Shown here one piece after another: positions 1 to 10,726 of a stretch of 64,000 nt of DNA (positions are counted from its first letter, which is position 1; each line of letters begins with the position of its first letter). The notes under the pieces were generated by a model that had not been told where the DNA came from, made no database searches, and saw only the letters and a list, made by a program, of their open reading frames with translations. Origin of the DNA: a virus; the IMG/VR virus record IMGVR_UViG_3300028559_000034, positions 4,533 to 68,532 of that record; one strand, given 5' to 3'. The position numbers and the translations under genes were made by a program.

Positions 1-263
1 ACAGAAGCCTTATTATAATTAGCTTTAATAGCTAAAAATGTAGAATTATCTCCTAGACCTAAGTGATTAAGTAAATAATTTGTTTGACCTGGTTTTAAAA
101 TTACTCTACTTTTTAATAATTGTTTATAAGGAATTCTAATATCTCCACCAATTAATCTCTCTACCGTATTAACACCTTCAATAGCTACAAAATCTGAATT
201 TTGTATTTTAATATATTGACTTTTATTACCGAAAATTGATGTTCCTGGACAACCGATACACAT
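1..263 (-). CDS. Hypothetical, probably structural, protein (runs off the window edge)
   Basis: ATG at 263; hand translation MCIGCPGTSIFGNKSQYIKIQNSDF... is open to base 1; TAATATATA motif upstream at 285-293. Confidence 0.7.
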   Translation of the reverse strand, partial: MCIGCPGTSIFGNKSQYIKIQNSDFVAIEGVNTVERLIGGDIRIPYKQLLKSRVILKPGQTNYLLNHLGLGDNSTFLAIKANYNKAS

Positions 264-314
264 ATGTTAGTTTTATATTTAAGATATATATTAAATTAAG
301 AAACTTAAATTATA

Positions 315-3059
315 TCAATATTGAGTATCTTTAATGTCTATAAGGTATTTTTCCGAAACAGGAATTTGATCTAATTCATTTATTCTTGTTATTCTAATCA
401 TCTGTCCTTTATTTATATCTAAATAAGGATTATTAGATAAAATTGAAGAAGCTGTTGAATGTATTGTTAACGGTAATTGTCCTGTACCATAATCAACAAA
501 ATCCGTATTACTTGTTATATCCAATCTAATTAATGATGAAGTAGGACCAACATAATTAACTAAATATTGTCCTGAAAAATCAAAAACTGAGCTGGTTCCA
601 ATAAATAAATTATTTAATGTATAAGAATCTCCTTCCTTTATAGAATTATAAACCACATTCGAATTAGAATTCAATACAAATTCTAATAAATTATTAGATG
701 TTAAGGTAATATTACTATTTAAATCAATATTGAAATCAAAACTTTTCCAAGTTTTTGCAGAATTAGGTTGATTTGTTGTTTTATTATAGAATACCGGTAA
801 ATCAATATCACTTATTATCAATGTTTCAATTTGTGTTTCATCAGTTGCTGATGCTGTTGCTATACCTAACGGATTTATTGTAGATATATAAATATCTAAC
901 TTCTTATTCTCTGTTGATAAATCACTACCACTAATTAATATATCTACACTCTGTCTAAATTCTAAATCTGAAGTTAATATAAGTTTTAAATTGTTATTAT
1001 TAGGTAATATTAACGATACCTCATCATTATTAATAACATGTGCCATAAAATCTTTATATCTAGGAACATTTATATTTACTGGAATTATACCAGAGGTATT
1101 ATACATATCAGTTGTATTATAAACTTCTATTGATTTATATTTTCTATCTATACTATTATATTTTATACTTGGTGGTGTTGTCTGTGAATTAACCTCAATT
1201 TCAATAGTATCAGAAGATTCAGATTGTAAAGTAGAATAAAGTTTTAATAAAGATTCTAAATTAGATATTTTAGAATTTATAGTTGCAAAATCTTTTTGAG
1301 AATATAATAATTGTTTTAGATTTAATACTTCAGCTTTAATTGATGAATGTTCACTTATAATATTTAAAAAACTATCATTAACTGAAGCTAATCTTTTCAT
1401 TGCCTCATTAAATAAATTCATACTAAATAATGAATTGATTGCTTCTGGATTATAAGCATCAACAGGATTATCGTGTATAATATTAAAATTTAAATTAAGT
1501 CCAAAAGCATAAGCAGTCCCATCTTGATTGCCATTTGCTACTAATTTTTTATATGTTGGAAATCTTAATCCAATTTCAGAATCTTTTGGATTATTATCTG
1601 GATTATCTAAAAAAGATATACCATATAAATTAGTTTTTTTATTTCCAGTTGTGTCCTCAACAGTATAATACCACAATATAGCATTAAATTCAAAATCCTT
1701 TGGAGGAGTGTTATTAACTTCTAATGCGTTAAATTGATCAAAATTAGATAGTGACCTATCTTTTAAATTCATTTTAACATAGTGACTAGTATCAAAATCT
1801 AAAATTATACCATCAACAGATGAACCATCAACAATTGGTGCATTTATATCTCCACTAACTCCAAAATAGTCTCCACTTCTTCTTAAAGAATCTCCATTTG
1901 CTGATTCATAAGTAAAATCCTCTGTATCAAAATGTCCAAAATAAGAACCAGGGTAATTTTGAGGAGAACTCACAATTAGTGATGAAAATAGTTCAGCTCC
2001 AACAATTTCTGGTTGATACTGGTTAGGTATAATTGGAAATATCATACCTGGTTTATAATTTACATCTGCTACTGTTCTAAATAAAATATCTGGAGTCTGC
2101 CCAGTATGATCTGGAATATGTGCATAAACTTGTGTATAAGCTTTATTAGCTTCTTGAACATTTGATACACCATTTACTTCTCCAATATATTTAACTAATT
2201 TATGATAAACTATTTTAGCGATACCATTTAGTCCAGTAGTTGTACTTATTATAGTTGGAAAATCAACTAAAACATCATGTGTATCATTTGTATTTACAGA
2301 AACCGAAAGTACTTTTAATTGAATCGGACCTAACCATTCAGTAGTTCCTATTCCAAACACATCTTCTATTAAAGGCAAATCGTTTATAGAATTTACTTCT
2401 ATAACATCACCAGATCTAAAATTTGTTATACTATTTAATACTATTTTTAAAGCCTGGTCACCTGCCACTAAAAATTGACCATCAACTGGTGAAGAAGATG
2501 AAGTAACTTCTGTTATAAGATATTCACTAATTTCTCGTTCTTTCCAAAGATATTCTCTAAAATATGTATCATCTGCTAAATTATTTCTTTGAAATTCATT
2601 TAAACTATCAATATATTCATCTTGTGGTAAAGCTGGTTCTAGACTAATAAGTCCTAGTTTTTTACACCATTTATAAAATATTTTTTCAGCAGTTGTCTCA
2701 AGTGCAGTATTATCATAATAATACTCAGTATTATTTAATCTAGATTCTCGAACTGTAATTTCATGATTAGCTACATAATTTCGAAGAGATTCGATAACCT
2801 GTTCTGAAAATGTGGGAGGTTGTGTTGCTGATAGTGTTGAAAATGTAGCAAAATCCCAATATATATTTTCTGAAGCAGTACCACCTATATTATTCTCATC
2901 AACTAAATTTTGAATTGGTAAATCCAATAAAACATATTTAGAAAAATACATTTTATAATTTGAATTTTGATGTGCTGCTGATATATCTTCGGCAGCGCCT
3001 GGAAAAGCATAAAATGATGTTCCATTTTGTTTTAGTGTTTTGTACAAGGGGCAAACCAT
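315..3059 (-). CDS. Large hypothetical protein, likely virion/baseplate structural (914 aa)
   Basis: Long N/S/T-rich ORF co-oriented with other structural genes; no enzymatic motif recognised. Confidence 0.55.
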   Translation of the reverse strand: MVCPLYKTLKQNGTSFYAFPGAAEDISAAHQNSNYKMYFSKYVLLDLPIQNLVDENNIGGTASENIYWDFATFSTLSATQPPTFSEQVIESLRNYVANHEITVRESRLNNTEYYYDNTALETTAEKIFYKWCKKLGLISLEPALPQDEYIDSLNEFQRNNLADDTYFREYLWKEREISEYLITEVTSSSSPVDGQFLVAGDQALKIVLNSITNFRSGDVIEVNSINDLPLIEDVFGIGTTEWLGPIQLKVLSVSVNTNDTHDVLVDFPTIISTTTGLNGIAKIVYHKLVKYIGEVNGVSNVQEANKAYTQVYAHIPDHTGQTPDILFRTVADVNYKPGMIFPIIPNQYQPEIVGAELFSSLIVSSPQNYPGSYFGHFDTEDFTYESANGDSLRRSGDYFGVSGDINAPIVDGSSVDGIILDFDTSHYVKMNLKDRSLSNFDQFNALEVNNTPPKDFEFNAILWYYTVEDTTGNKKTNLYGISFLDNPDNNPKDSEIGLRFPTYKKLVANGNQDGTAYAFGLNLNFNIIHDNPVDAYNPEAINSLFSMNLFNEAMKRLASVNDSFLNIISEHSSIKAEVLNLKQLLYSQKDFATINSKISNLESLLKLYSTLQSESSDTIEIEVNSQTTPPSIKYNSIDRKYKSIEVYNTTDMYNTSGIIPVNINVPRYKDFMAHVINNDEVSLILPNNNNLKLILTSDLEFRQSVDILISGSDLSTENKKLDIYISTINPLGIATASATDETQIETLIISDIDLPVFYNKTTNQPNSAKTWKSFDFNIDLNSNITLTSNNLLEFVLNSNSNVVYNSIKEGDSYTLNNLFIGTSSVFDFSGQYLVNYVGPTSSLIRLDITSNTDFVDYGTGQLPLTIHSTASSILSNNPYLDINKGQMIRITRINELDQIPVSEKYLIDIKDTQY

Positions 3060-3104
3060 ATTTTAATATATATTTAATTATATATAAAAAAAAATAAATC
3101 TTCT

Positions 3105-4163
3105 ATGATAAAAAATAACGAATCAAAAGTAGAGATTACAAATAGAAATATTAAATATTATACTGATAAAAATTACATATGTGATATTGGTGATACTATT
3201 ACAATTGATATTTCTACTATGCCAGAAATGTCACATAATAAAGTGATTGCTATATGTGAGATATGTTTATCTGAAAATGAATTATGTTTTTCAAAATATA
3301 ATAAAAATAAAAATCGTCAGGGATTCTATTCTTGTAAAAAGTGTTCGGGTAAGAAGAGAAAAATTACAAATATTATAAAATATGGAATAGAATCTACATT
3401 TCAAAGAGATGATATTAAAGAAAATAATAGAAAATGGATGTCATCTTTAGAATTTAAAGAAAAATCTAAGGAGTCTTTACTTAAAAAATATGGTGTTGAA
3501 TCATATTCAAAAACTGATTCTTTTAAAGAAAAAATGTCTAATTTTAATATTGAAAATAGAGAGTATTTAAGAAATAAAAGAGAATTAACTTGCTTAGAAA
3601 AATATGGATATAAATCTATTTTAGAAATTCCAGAGTTTAAAGAAAAAGCTATGTTTGAAAAATATGGAGCAAGTTATTCATTTCATGTTACTGATATTAA
3701 AGAGAAAATACAGAATATAAATTTAGAAAAATTTGGACATATATCCCCATTGGGAAATAAAGATGTTCAGGATAAAATAAAAGAAAGGTTTATATATAAG
3801 TCAATTGAAAAAGAATCTAAATTTTATGGTAACTCATATTTGATAAATAAGTATCAAATATATAAAAGAAAAGTTCAATATCATACCTACAAGATTAAAA
3901 AGGATATATTTAATACTTGGAATGGAATAGATTATTATGATAATGAATATATCAAGGACAATTTATTATTAGATAAAAATAATCCAGGATTTCCAACAAT
4001 TGACCATAAAGTATCTTCATTTTATGGATTTATGAATAATATTGATACATTTGAAATTTCGGATATTAAAAATCTCTGTATAACAAAAAGATCTAATAAT
4101 ATATTAAAATCTATTATTAGTGAAGAAACATTTAAAGAAAAAATCTTATTGGATAGTAAATAG
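3105..4163 (+). CDS. Putative HNH homing endonuclease with Zn ribbon and KYG repeats
   Basis: CxxC pairs (CEIC, CKKC), repeated (E/K)K(Y/F)G units, C-terminal TIDHKVS...NLCITKRSNN HNH-like motif; antisense to the flanking structural gene. Confidence 0.65.
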   Translation: MIKNNESKVEITNRNIKYYTDKNYICDIGDTITIDISTMPEMSHNKVIAICEICLSENELCFSKYNKNKNRQGFYSCKKCSGKKRKITNIIKYGIESTFQRDDIKENNRKWMSSLEFKEKSKESLLKKYGVESYSKTDSFKEKMSNFNIENREYLRNKRELTCLEKYGYKSILEIPEFKEKAMFEKYGASYSFHVTDIKEKIQNINLEKFGHISPLGNKDVQDKIKERFIYKSIEKESKFYGNSYLINKYQIYKRKVQYHTYKIKKDIFNTWNGIDYYDNEYIKDNLLLDKNNPGFPTIDHKVSSFYGFMNNIDTFEISDIKNLCITKRSNNILKSIISEETFKEKILLDSK

Positions 4164-4206
4164 TATTAAATATTAAACAAATTATATTATAATATATATA
4201 ATTTTA

Positions 4207-4653
4207 ATGATTAATGATTTATTTTATATAATTGGGTTATTTATACTTATAATTTCTTTTTCAAATGCTGTTAATTTTATTAAATTTACTAAAATAAGAA
4301 GATGGGTTTTATCATATAAAAAAGTTACTGGAAATGATGTATTAAAAAAAGATTTTAAATCTAATCAAGAATATAATATTTTTACAATTTATTCTTTATT
4401 TTTAGTAATAGAATCTATTTGGTTTATAATAGGTCTTATATCAAATAGTTGGTATGTATTTCTACTATTATTATTTATAAGTTTGATTTTAATACTTATA
4501 AATATGTATTTTGAATACAATATTGTATTCAAAATATTTGGATTTATATTTTCATTTTTAAAATTTCCAGTGATATTATTTTTGATTTTAAATCATTTTC
4601 ATTTTCACTTAGATATATTTACTTACTTAGAAAATTGCTTAACAAATTCCTGA
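4207..4653 (+). CDS. Hypothetical membrane protein
   Basis: About four hydrophobic segments; TAATATATA at 4190-4198. Confidence 0.65.
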   Translation: MINDLFYIIGLFILIISFSNAVNFIKFTKIRRWVLSYKKVTGNDVLKKDFKSNQEYNIFTIYSLFLVIESIWFIIGLISNSWYVFLLLLFISLILILINMYFEYNIVFKIFGFIFSFLKFPVILFLILNHFHFHLDIFTYLENCLTNS

Positions 4654-4982
4654 ACGGATACCAATGTTCCTTTAATAACATATTCATATAAACCTAAAGC
4701 ACCTACTTCAGAAGGAGGATTATCATAAAAGTTAATATCATTAAGGCATTCATCAATTTGATTTCTATATTTTAAATAAAAATCATAAATATCAGATTCA
4801 TTAATTAATCCTTCTATTTTAACTTCATTTGGATCTTTAAGAAAAGAATCTATAAACGATTTAAACTCTCCTCCAGATTTTTCAATAGTAGATTCGATTA
4901 ATGATTTAACTTCATCAATTACTTCTTGAAATTTATTAGCCTCAATAGCTTCTGTAAACTTTCTTATTCTTATGTTTTTCAT
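4623..4982 (-). CDS. Hypothetical protein with leader motif (MKNIRIRKFTE)
   Basis: 119-aa ORF directly downstream of the 1828-aa gene. Confidence 0.7.
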   Translation of the reverse strand: MKNIRIRKFTEAIEANKFQEVIDEVKSLIESTIEKSGGEFKSFIDSFLKDPNEVKIEGLINESDIYDFYLKYRNQIDECLNDINFYDNPPSEVGALGLYEYVIKGTLVSVQEFVKQFSK

Positions 4983-4992
4983 ATCTTATATA

Positions 4993-7900
4993 TTATCCCC
5001 AGATACCAGAAAAATTACCATGATACCAAATACCACCATTAAAATAACCACCATCAAAAATACCATTAAACCAAATACCACTATTCCAAGTTGAATCTTT
5101 AAAAGTAGAAACACATTTTATACCAGTATCTATTATACCAGTATTTACTGATAAAATATCTGATAATCTTACATCAACAAAAACATCTGTAGTATTTGTA
5201 TCCTCATTTATTGTAGTATCTAATATTTTATACTTTTTAGGATCATCAGTTGTACCAAATACTGAATATGTTCCAGATTCGAATTTATCAACAATATTAA
5301 AAGTATCTCCAATATTAAATCTATATATACCGTCTAGTCTAAAATCATTATATGTATTATTAGCTCTTATTCTTATAATATCAATTTCATTTAAAATACC
5401 ACCCTGCCATAGTGAAGAATTAAATTCTATATTATAAACATTACCACCATAGAAAGTACCACCACTAAATATACCTGTATACCAAGTAGAATATTTATGT
5501 ATCTCCGAAACATCAGGTAATCCTCTATCATTTAAATTTAAAAATGAATGAAATTCTCCTTTTATAAATCGGCCACCATTCCAAATAGAATTTCTACTAT
5601 TAAATGATTTTGTTCCAAATCTTGATTTTGTATTTACCAACTCATTAAATTCACCATCATACCAGAAACCGTTTTGGAAATCTCCGCCTAAAAACTTACC
5701 ATCTAACCAATAAGATAAGCTACTATCAGTATTAAATAATCCATTGTTCCAAGTACCAAGTACCCAAATTCCACCTGAAAAGATACCATTGTTCCAAGTA
5801 CCATCATTCCATGTTCCATCAAACCATCTACCATTGTTCCAAGTACCATCATACCATCTACCAGAATACCATGTACCATTTTCCCAAGTTCCTCCAAACC
5901 ATCTACCACCATACCATACTGAACTATATTCATTAGTTGAAGCATTATCAACCTTAACAGTTAGTAAATTATCTGTAATTATCTTAGAAGTCCATTTTCC
6001 AGAATACCAATCCCCGGATTTCCAATATCCAGATATCCAAGTTCCTCCAAACCATCTACCACCTTCCCAAGTTCCTTGATACCAAACTAAATTTTGGTCA
6101 GAATCTAATCCTATTATAGCATTTGATACTTCAGCATCTAAAATCCAAAAGAAATCTTCTGTTAATCTTACTAAATCTAATCCATCAATAAGTCTAAATC
6201 TATATTTTTTAAAATCTATATTTTTTAAGAAAAATTTATTAATATCTAAATCATAGTTTTCAGGCAATATTTGAATAGATTGTTTAACTTTTTTATCACC
6301 AACACCTAAGTCAAATATATCAATTGGTTCAAAATTTAAAAATGGATCTTTTTTTGTATATAATACAACTAATTCATCTTGTGAAAATCCAGTCCAAGGT
6401 ATATTAATTTCTATTGCAGTATCATCTAAATATTTAATAACATGATATCCTAATAATTGTGGCCAATAAGACATTGTTCCAACAATATCAATATTTACGC
6501 CATCTCCATCTTTTAATCCATGTGGTACAGTAAATGAAAACTGATATTTAGAATTAACAGATTGTAAAACAGTTGCTGGTAATTCAAATTCATTTTGTAA
6601 TTTTGTAATTTGAATAGCTAATTCATATTTATAATCAGTATAAACAATACCAGTTAAATCGTCAACTATATCACAATCTGACAATAATACTTTTGTATAA
6701 GAATCAGTTGGTATTTTAAAATTAATATTATTTTCATAATTCGTATAATAATAACCTGGTTCAATTGAAATCTCAGACCATTTTAAACCTTCATTATCCT
6801 CATATGGTCTTTGCAATCCATTTATATATTGTAGATCATCTGATATTTGTTGAAGTGTTCTTCTACTATGAATAGAGACTGATGATATTGTATTAGTTCC
6901 TGATAATTTATCGTGAAATACCATAACATAATATGGTTCTGTTCCAGAATTATCATAATACTTATCAATTATAAGTAATCGTTTGGTTACGTATTGATTA
7001 AATTCTGGATCTGGAGGCCATGAAAGACCCTCTTTTATTGTCACATCAACAAAGGTCCACAACATAAATGAATCCCAAATTGGTTTCAAATTAATTCCAA
7101 AATATATTTTATTTGTTTCTAATTGTCCTGAATATGTTCCATTTATAAAATCTAAATAAACTATATTATCATTTACGACTAATGAGTCTGATATTCCAGA
7201 ATCTGGCCCTGGAATATCATCATATTTTGGCAAAGCTAAAAATTCTTTATTAGGAACATACCTAGACTGATCTATAAAATTTAAATAACTTAATAAGTTA
7301 TATGTTGGTGTGTAACCAAAATTTAAAAATCCAGATGGATATAATATATCTTCTTCTATTAAGAAACCATTTGTATTTAATATTTCTACATTTGCTTGTA
7401 AATTATAATAAGCTGAAAACTGACTATATTTACCAGTCACTTGAAAAGATTGAGTTATACCTATTGGTGAAGATATAGGGTTTGGATAATAGTCAGTAAT
7501 AGATTCAATATCATAAGCATTTGATATATAATGTTTTTTAAAATTTTCTAAAAATAATGAATTATAATCTATTTCTGTTATTGTTAATACTATATCAGCA
7601 TTACCTCCAACAACACTTGTTGTTAGAATATTTATTGTATCACCAACAGAAAATCCAAATCCTGGTTCATTTAATATGATAGATGATAAATTCTTTGAAC
7701 CATCGATTTCAATATCAAATTTTGCCATAGATCCTGTGTTGCTTGTTGAATTAATAGCAACATATGATCCAGAATTATAAGATGTTCCCGAGCTAGTAAT
7801 TAAAAAAGATTTAACACCACCAGTTTTAGTAGGATATCTATTTAAATTTCTTATTTCTAAAGAATCTGTTAATTTACCATATTTTAAATTATTAAAAATA

Positions 7901-10479
7901 TTCTCATTAAAATCTGTATAGAAATATTGATAATATGTAGTATTAAATCCAATAGTTTCGGAAAATATTTTATTTATAATAAATTTTCCACTGAATAAAT
8001 TACAATCAATATGAATAACATCTCCTTTTTCTGGAGCACTTTGTGTTGTTCCTATTGTAATTGCCCAAATTCCTAAAAATCCATAAAAATATAATGGATA
8101 AAGAGTAGATGGTGATGTTATAGATGTTAACTGTTCTCTAAATCTGTTGCTTGTTGATGGCATTAAATTTTGAATATCTGTATAATCACAAGTAATATCT
8201 GATGTTGAATAAGTAAAAACTCCAGATAGATAATCAGAGCTTTTAAAATCAAAAGATGGCTCTACTTTAAATCCATCACTTAAATGTGTATAATATTCAA
8301 ATGTTTTTAATCTATCTTTCCAATATGTAATCCAATTATTATCATAATAACTGTGAGTAGTAGATGTTACTGAGTCATAAACAGAATTTGAATTTTGTCT
8401 AAATGATATTTGTGTTTCAGTTACTGAATTAGAATCTATAAGATAACTAACCGGAACAATATATCTACTTGGTAGTCTATATTGTCCATAATCATCAAAC
8501 CAATACAATTTTGAACCTGCATCATAATCCATAAATAACAATCTTGGTTTAAGATTTGAAAAGAATTTATTATCATAAACATTAGAAAATGTACCATAAA
8601 TTAAACTTTCTTGCCACAATGAATTATTTCCCGTGATAACTAAACTATCATCATAATTATAAATTGAATTAATTCCAGATTGTGTATAAAAATTTGAATA
8701 GGTTACACTAAATATATTTGATTCAGTGCTTGAAAAAGTTCCTGATAGTGGATTAACTTGATAAATTGATTCAAATGAACTTAAGAATAAACTTGAAGTG
8801 GATGAGATATATCGAATACTACTTATATCACTAAATGTTGGATTTCCCAAGAAAATAAAATTGAAATCACTTACTGAATTTTCAATATCATATAAATATA
8901 AATTATCATTCTTAGCACTAATTGCGACAAAACTACTAGTCCCAGTATATAAAAGTGAAGATGTTGAAAAATATTCTAAATCCGTAATATCATCAACTAA
9001 TAAATACTCATCATCAGAATCGACAAACTTTGAAACTCGTCTTTTATAAGCTGTCCAATTACCAGATTCATATAAAAAATCTATAAATACTCCATTATCA
9101 CCACCAACATAAAACCTATCAATAAATTGATAAATAACTACATTAAAATTATACCCATCAAAATCAATAATATTAATTCTTTTCCAATTATATCCACCAT
9201 TATCAGTTATCCATAATTGATTAAATTTCCCAACAACAACTCCTCTAGATTCATTAAAAAATGATATAGATGTTAGTGTTGTTAAAACTGATCCATCATC
9301 TCTATAAACTCTAGGATCCTTAGGAATACCTGGTTTTGGATCAGCTAATAATTCTAATAATTTAATCTTTTCAATTTTAAAATTAACTTTATTAACTTTT
9401 AATAAAGTTCCATCATCTCCACAAATCCAATAATTACTTTCAGTTTCTGATATAGATCTTAGATTTACTTTATATTTTGAATTAATAATATTTGTCTTTC
9501 CTTCCTGATGACAGATAATTATACCAAACTCTCCAATTGTTATATTTCTTTCTGGTATTGTGTAAGTTATATCATCTATAATGAATGATTGTGTTCCATG
9601 TTTTAGCGTATCATATAAGGATAATTCATACAAATTATTATAATCCATTCTATTTCTTAGAACATAATTATGTCGTTCTATGAAATACATAGTTTCACTT
9701 TTGGAATATTCTGGGAAAAATCCATTTTTTAATCTATGTAAAGACCACTGTGTTTCTCGATTAATAGTTCCAAGTTTAACACAAATTGAATATTTAATTA
9801 TATTTTCATATAAATCTAAATCTGTTGTTCTCACTAATTTTTCCTTAGTATAAGTGTAAATACCATTCGTTGAATTATAAATAATATATGAGATATTATT
9901 TCCTATGGTTTCCTTTATTTGATAATGTCCATCAAAATAAGTATCTGGATCAACTGATGAATCTAAAGTTATTATAGTATATTGATTTTTAACTAAAATA
10001 CGATGGCCTTCTTTTACAACAATACCATCAATTTGTAATCCTACTAATTTTTTAGAAATATCGGGTATAATATCAGTTGTTGATACATCAACATATAATA
10101 AATTTTTTATTTGATCATCTATTAATCTTTTTGGTGTAAATAGATTTTTCAAAGTCATACCATATTCTGGTAGAAATTTTTCTTTAAAATCATAAAGAAC
10201 TTCTGTCGATGTTATAGAAGCTCTATTTTTTATTGGATTTATATAAGGTGATACATAAGGACTTAAAGCTGTTGAATAGTTATAATTTTTAGATTGATAA
10301 TTTGTTAAAATATCATAGATATTGCCTAAATCATCCATTCTTACAAATGTAGATGCACTTAAAACTCTTTGATAAAATCTTAGAAATTTTAAATCCTGTT
10401 TTAATGATTGATAATCAGAAACTTCTAATGTATCAATATTAGGAGTCCATTTTTTAGTATCGTTATTTAATATCCACAT
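4993..10479 (-). CDS. Giant virion structural protein (1828 aa): beta-propeller-like region plus C-terminal W-x-x-G-x pentapeptide repeats
   Basis: DG..VKEG.RILVKNQ...NGIY tail-protein-like motif, BNR-like T-DNGG-NW unit, long (W/F)xxGx repeat tract. Confidence 0.65.
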   Translation of the reverse strand: MWILNNDTKKWTPNIDTLEVSDYQSLKQDLKFLRFYQRVLSASTFVRMDDLGNIYDILTNYQSKNYNYSTALSPYVSPYINPIKNRASITSTEVLYDFKEKFLPEYGMTLKNLFTPKRLIDDQIKNLLYVDVSTTDIIPDISKKLVGLQIDGIVVKEGHRILVKNQYTIITLDSSVDPDTYFDGHYQIKETIGNNISYIIYNSTNGIYTYTKEKLVRTTDLDLYENIIKYSICVKLGTINRETQWSLHRLKNGFFPEYSKSETMYFIERHNYVLRNRMDYNNLYELSLYDTLKHGTQSFIIDDITYTIPERNITIGEFGIIICHQEGKTNIINSKYKVNLRSISETESNYWICGDDGTLLKVNKVNFKIEKIKLLELLADPKPGIPKDPRVYRDDGSVLTTLTSISFFNESRGVVVGKFNQLWITDNGGYNWKRINIIDFDGYNFNVVIYQFIDRFYVGGDNGVFIDFLYESGNWTAYKRRVSKFVDSDDEYLLVDDITDLEYFSTSSLLYTGTSSFVAISAKNDNLYLYDIENSVSDFNFIFLGNPTFSDISSIRYISSTSSLFLSSFESIYQVNPLSGTFSSTESNIFSVTYSNFYTQSGINSIYNYDDSLVITGNNSLWQESLIYGTFSNVYDNKFFSNLKPRLLFMDYDAGSKLYWFDDYGQYRLPSRYIVPVSYLIDSNSVTETQISFRQNSNSVYDSVTSTTHSYYDNNWITYWKDRLKTFEYYTHLSDGFKVEPSFDFKSSDYLSGVFTYSTSDITCDYTDIQNLMPSTSNRFREQLTSITSPSTLYPLYFYGFLGIWAITIGTTQSAPEKGDVIHIDCNLFSGKFIINKIFSETIGFNTTYYQYFYTDFNENIFNNLKYGKLTDSLEIRNLNRYPTKTGGVKSFLITSSGTSYNSGSYVAINSTSNTGSMAKFDIEIDGSKNLSSIILNEPGFGFSVGDTINILTTSVVGGNADIVLTITEIDYNSLFLENFKKHYISNAYDIESITDYYPNPISSPIGITQSFQVTGKYSQFSAYYNLQANVEILNTNGFLIEEDILYPSGFLNFGYTPTYNLLSYLNFIDQSRYVPNKEFLALPKYDDIPGPDSGISDSLVVNDNIVYLDFINGTYSGQLETNKIYFGINLKPIWDSFMLWTFVDVTIKEGLSWPPDPEFNQYVTKRLLIIDKYYDNSGTEPYYVMVFHDKLSGTNTISSVSIHSRRTLQQISDDLQYINGLQRPYEDNEGLKWSEISIEPGYYYTNYENNINFKIPTDSYTKVLLSDCDIVDDLTGIVYTDYKYELAIQITKLQNEFELPATVLQSVNSKYQFSFTVPHGLKDGDGVNIDIVGTMSYWPQLLGYHVIKYLDDTAIEINIPWTGFSQDELVVLYTKKDPFLNFEPIDIFDLGVGDKKVKQSIQILPENYDLDINKFFLKNIDFKKYRFRLIDGLDLVRLTEDFFWILDAEVSNAIIGLDSDQNLVWYQGTWEGGRWFGGTWISGYWKSGDWYSGKWTSKIITDNLLTVKVDNASTNEYSSVWYGGRWFGGTWENGTWYSGRWYDGTWNNGRWFDGTWNDGTWNNGIFSGGIWVLGTWNNGLFNTDSSLSYWLDGKFLGGDFQNGFWYDGEFNELVNTKSRFGTKSFNSRNSIWNGGRFIKGEFHSFLNLNDRGLPDVSEIHKYSTWYTGIFSGGTFYGGNVYNIEFNSSLWQGGILNEIDIIRIRANNTYNDFRLDGIYRFNIGDTFNIVDKFESGTYSVFGTTDDPKKYKILDTTINEDTNTTDVFVDVRLSDILSVNTGIIDTGIKCVSTFKDSTWNSGIWFNGIFDGGYFNGGIWYHGNFSGIWG
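5005..6090 (-). repeat. Coding pentapeptide (15-bp period) repeat, (W/F)-x-x-G-x
   Basis: e.g. WYGGRWFGGTWENGTWYSGRWYDGTWNNGRWFDGTWNDGTWNNG; boundaries approximate. Confidence 0.85.
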
Positions 10480-10481
10480 AT

Positions 10482-10697
10482 TTATTTTTTAACTTTTAAT
10501 TTCCACATAACTGTTTTACTATTAACATCAATTGAATTACTAGCAATAGTTACTTTTGATTTAAAAAGAATTTGTTTTATCTCATCTATAAATTCATCAT
10601 ATTTATAGATGTCTGAAATATAATCACCAATATCAATTGTAAACTGATTTTTTTCAGAAAAAATCAAATCATAAACTAAATCATTTTTATTCTTCAT
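10482..10697 (-). CDS. Hypothetical protein (71 aa)
   Basis: Tightly packed ORF; TAATATATA on - strand at 10702-10710. Confidence 0.7.
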   Translation of the reverse strand: MKNKNDLVYDLIFSEKNQFTIDIGDYISDIYKYDEFIDEIKQILFKSKVTIASNSIDVNSKTVMWKLKVKK

Positions 10698-10726
10698 GAA
10701 CTATATATTAAGTATGTTCATTTTAA

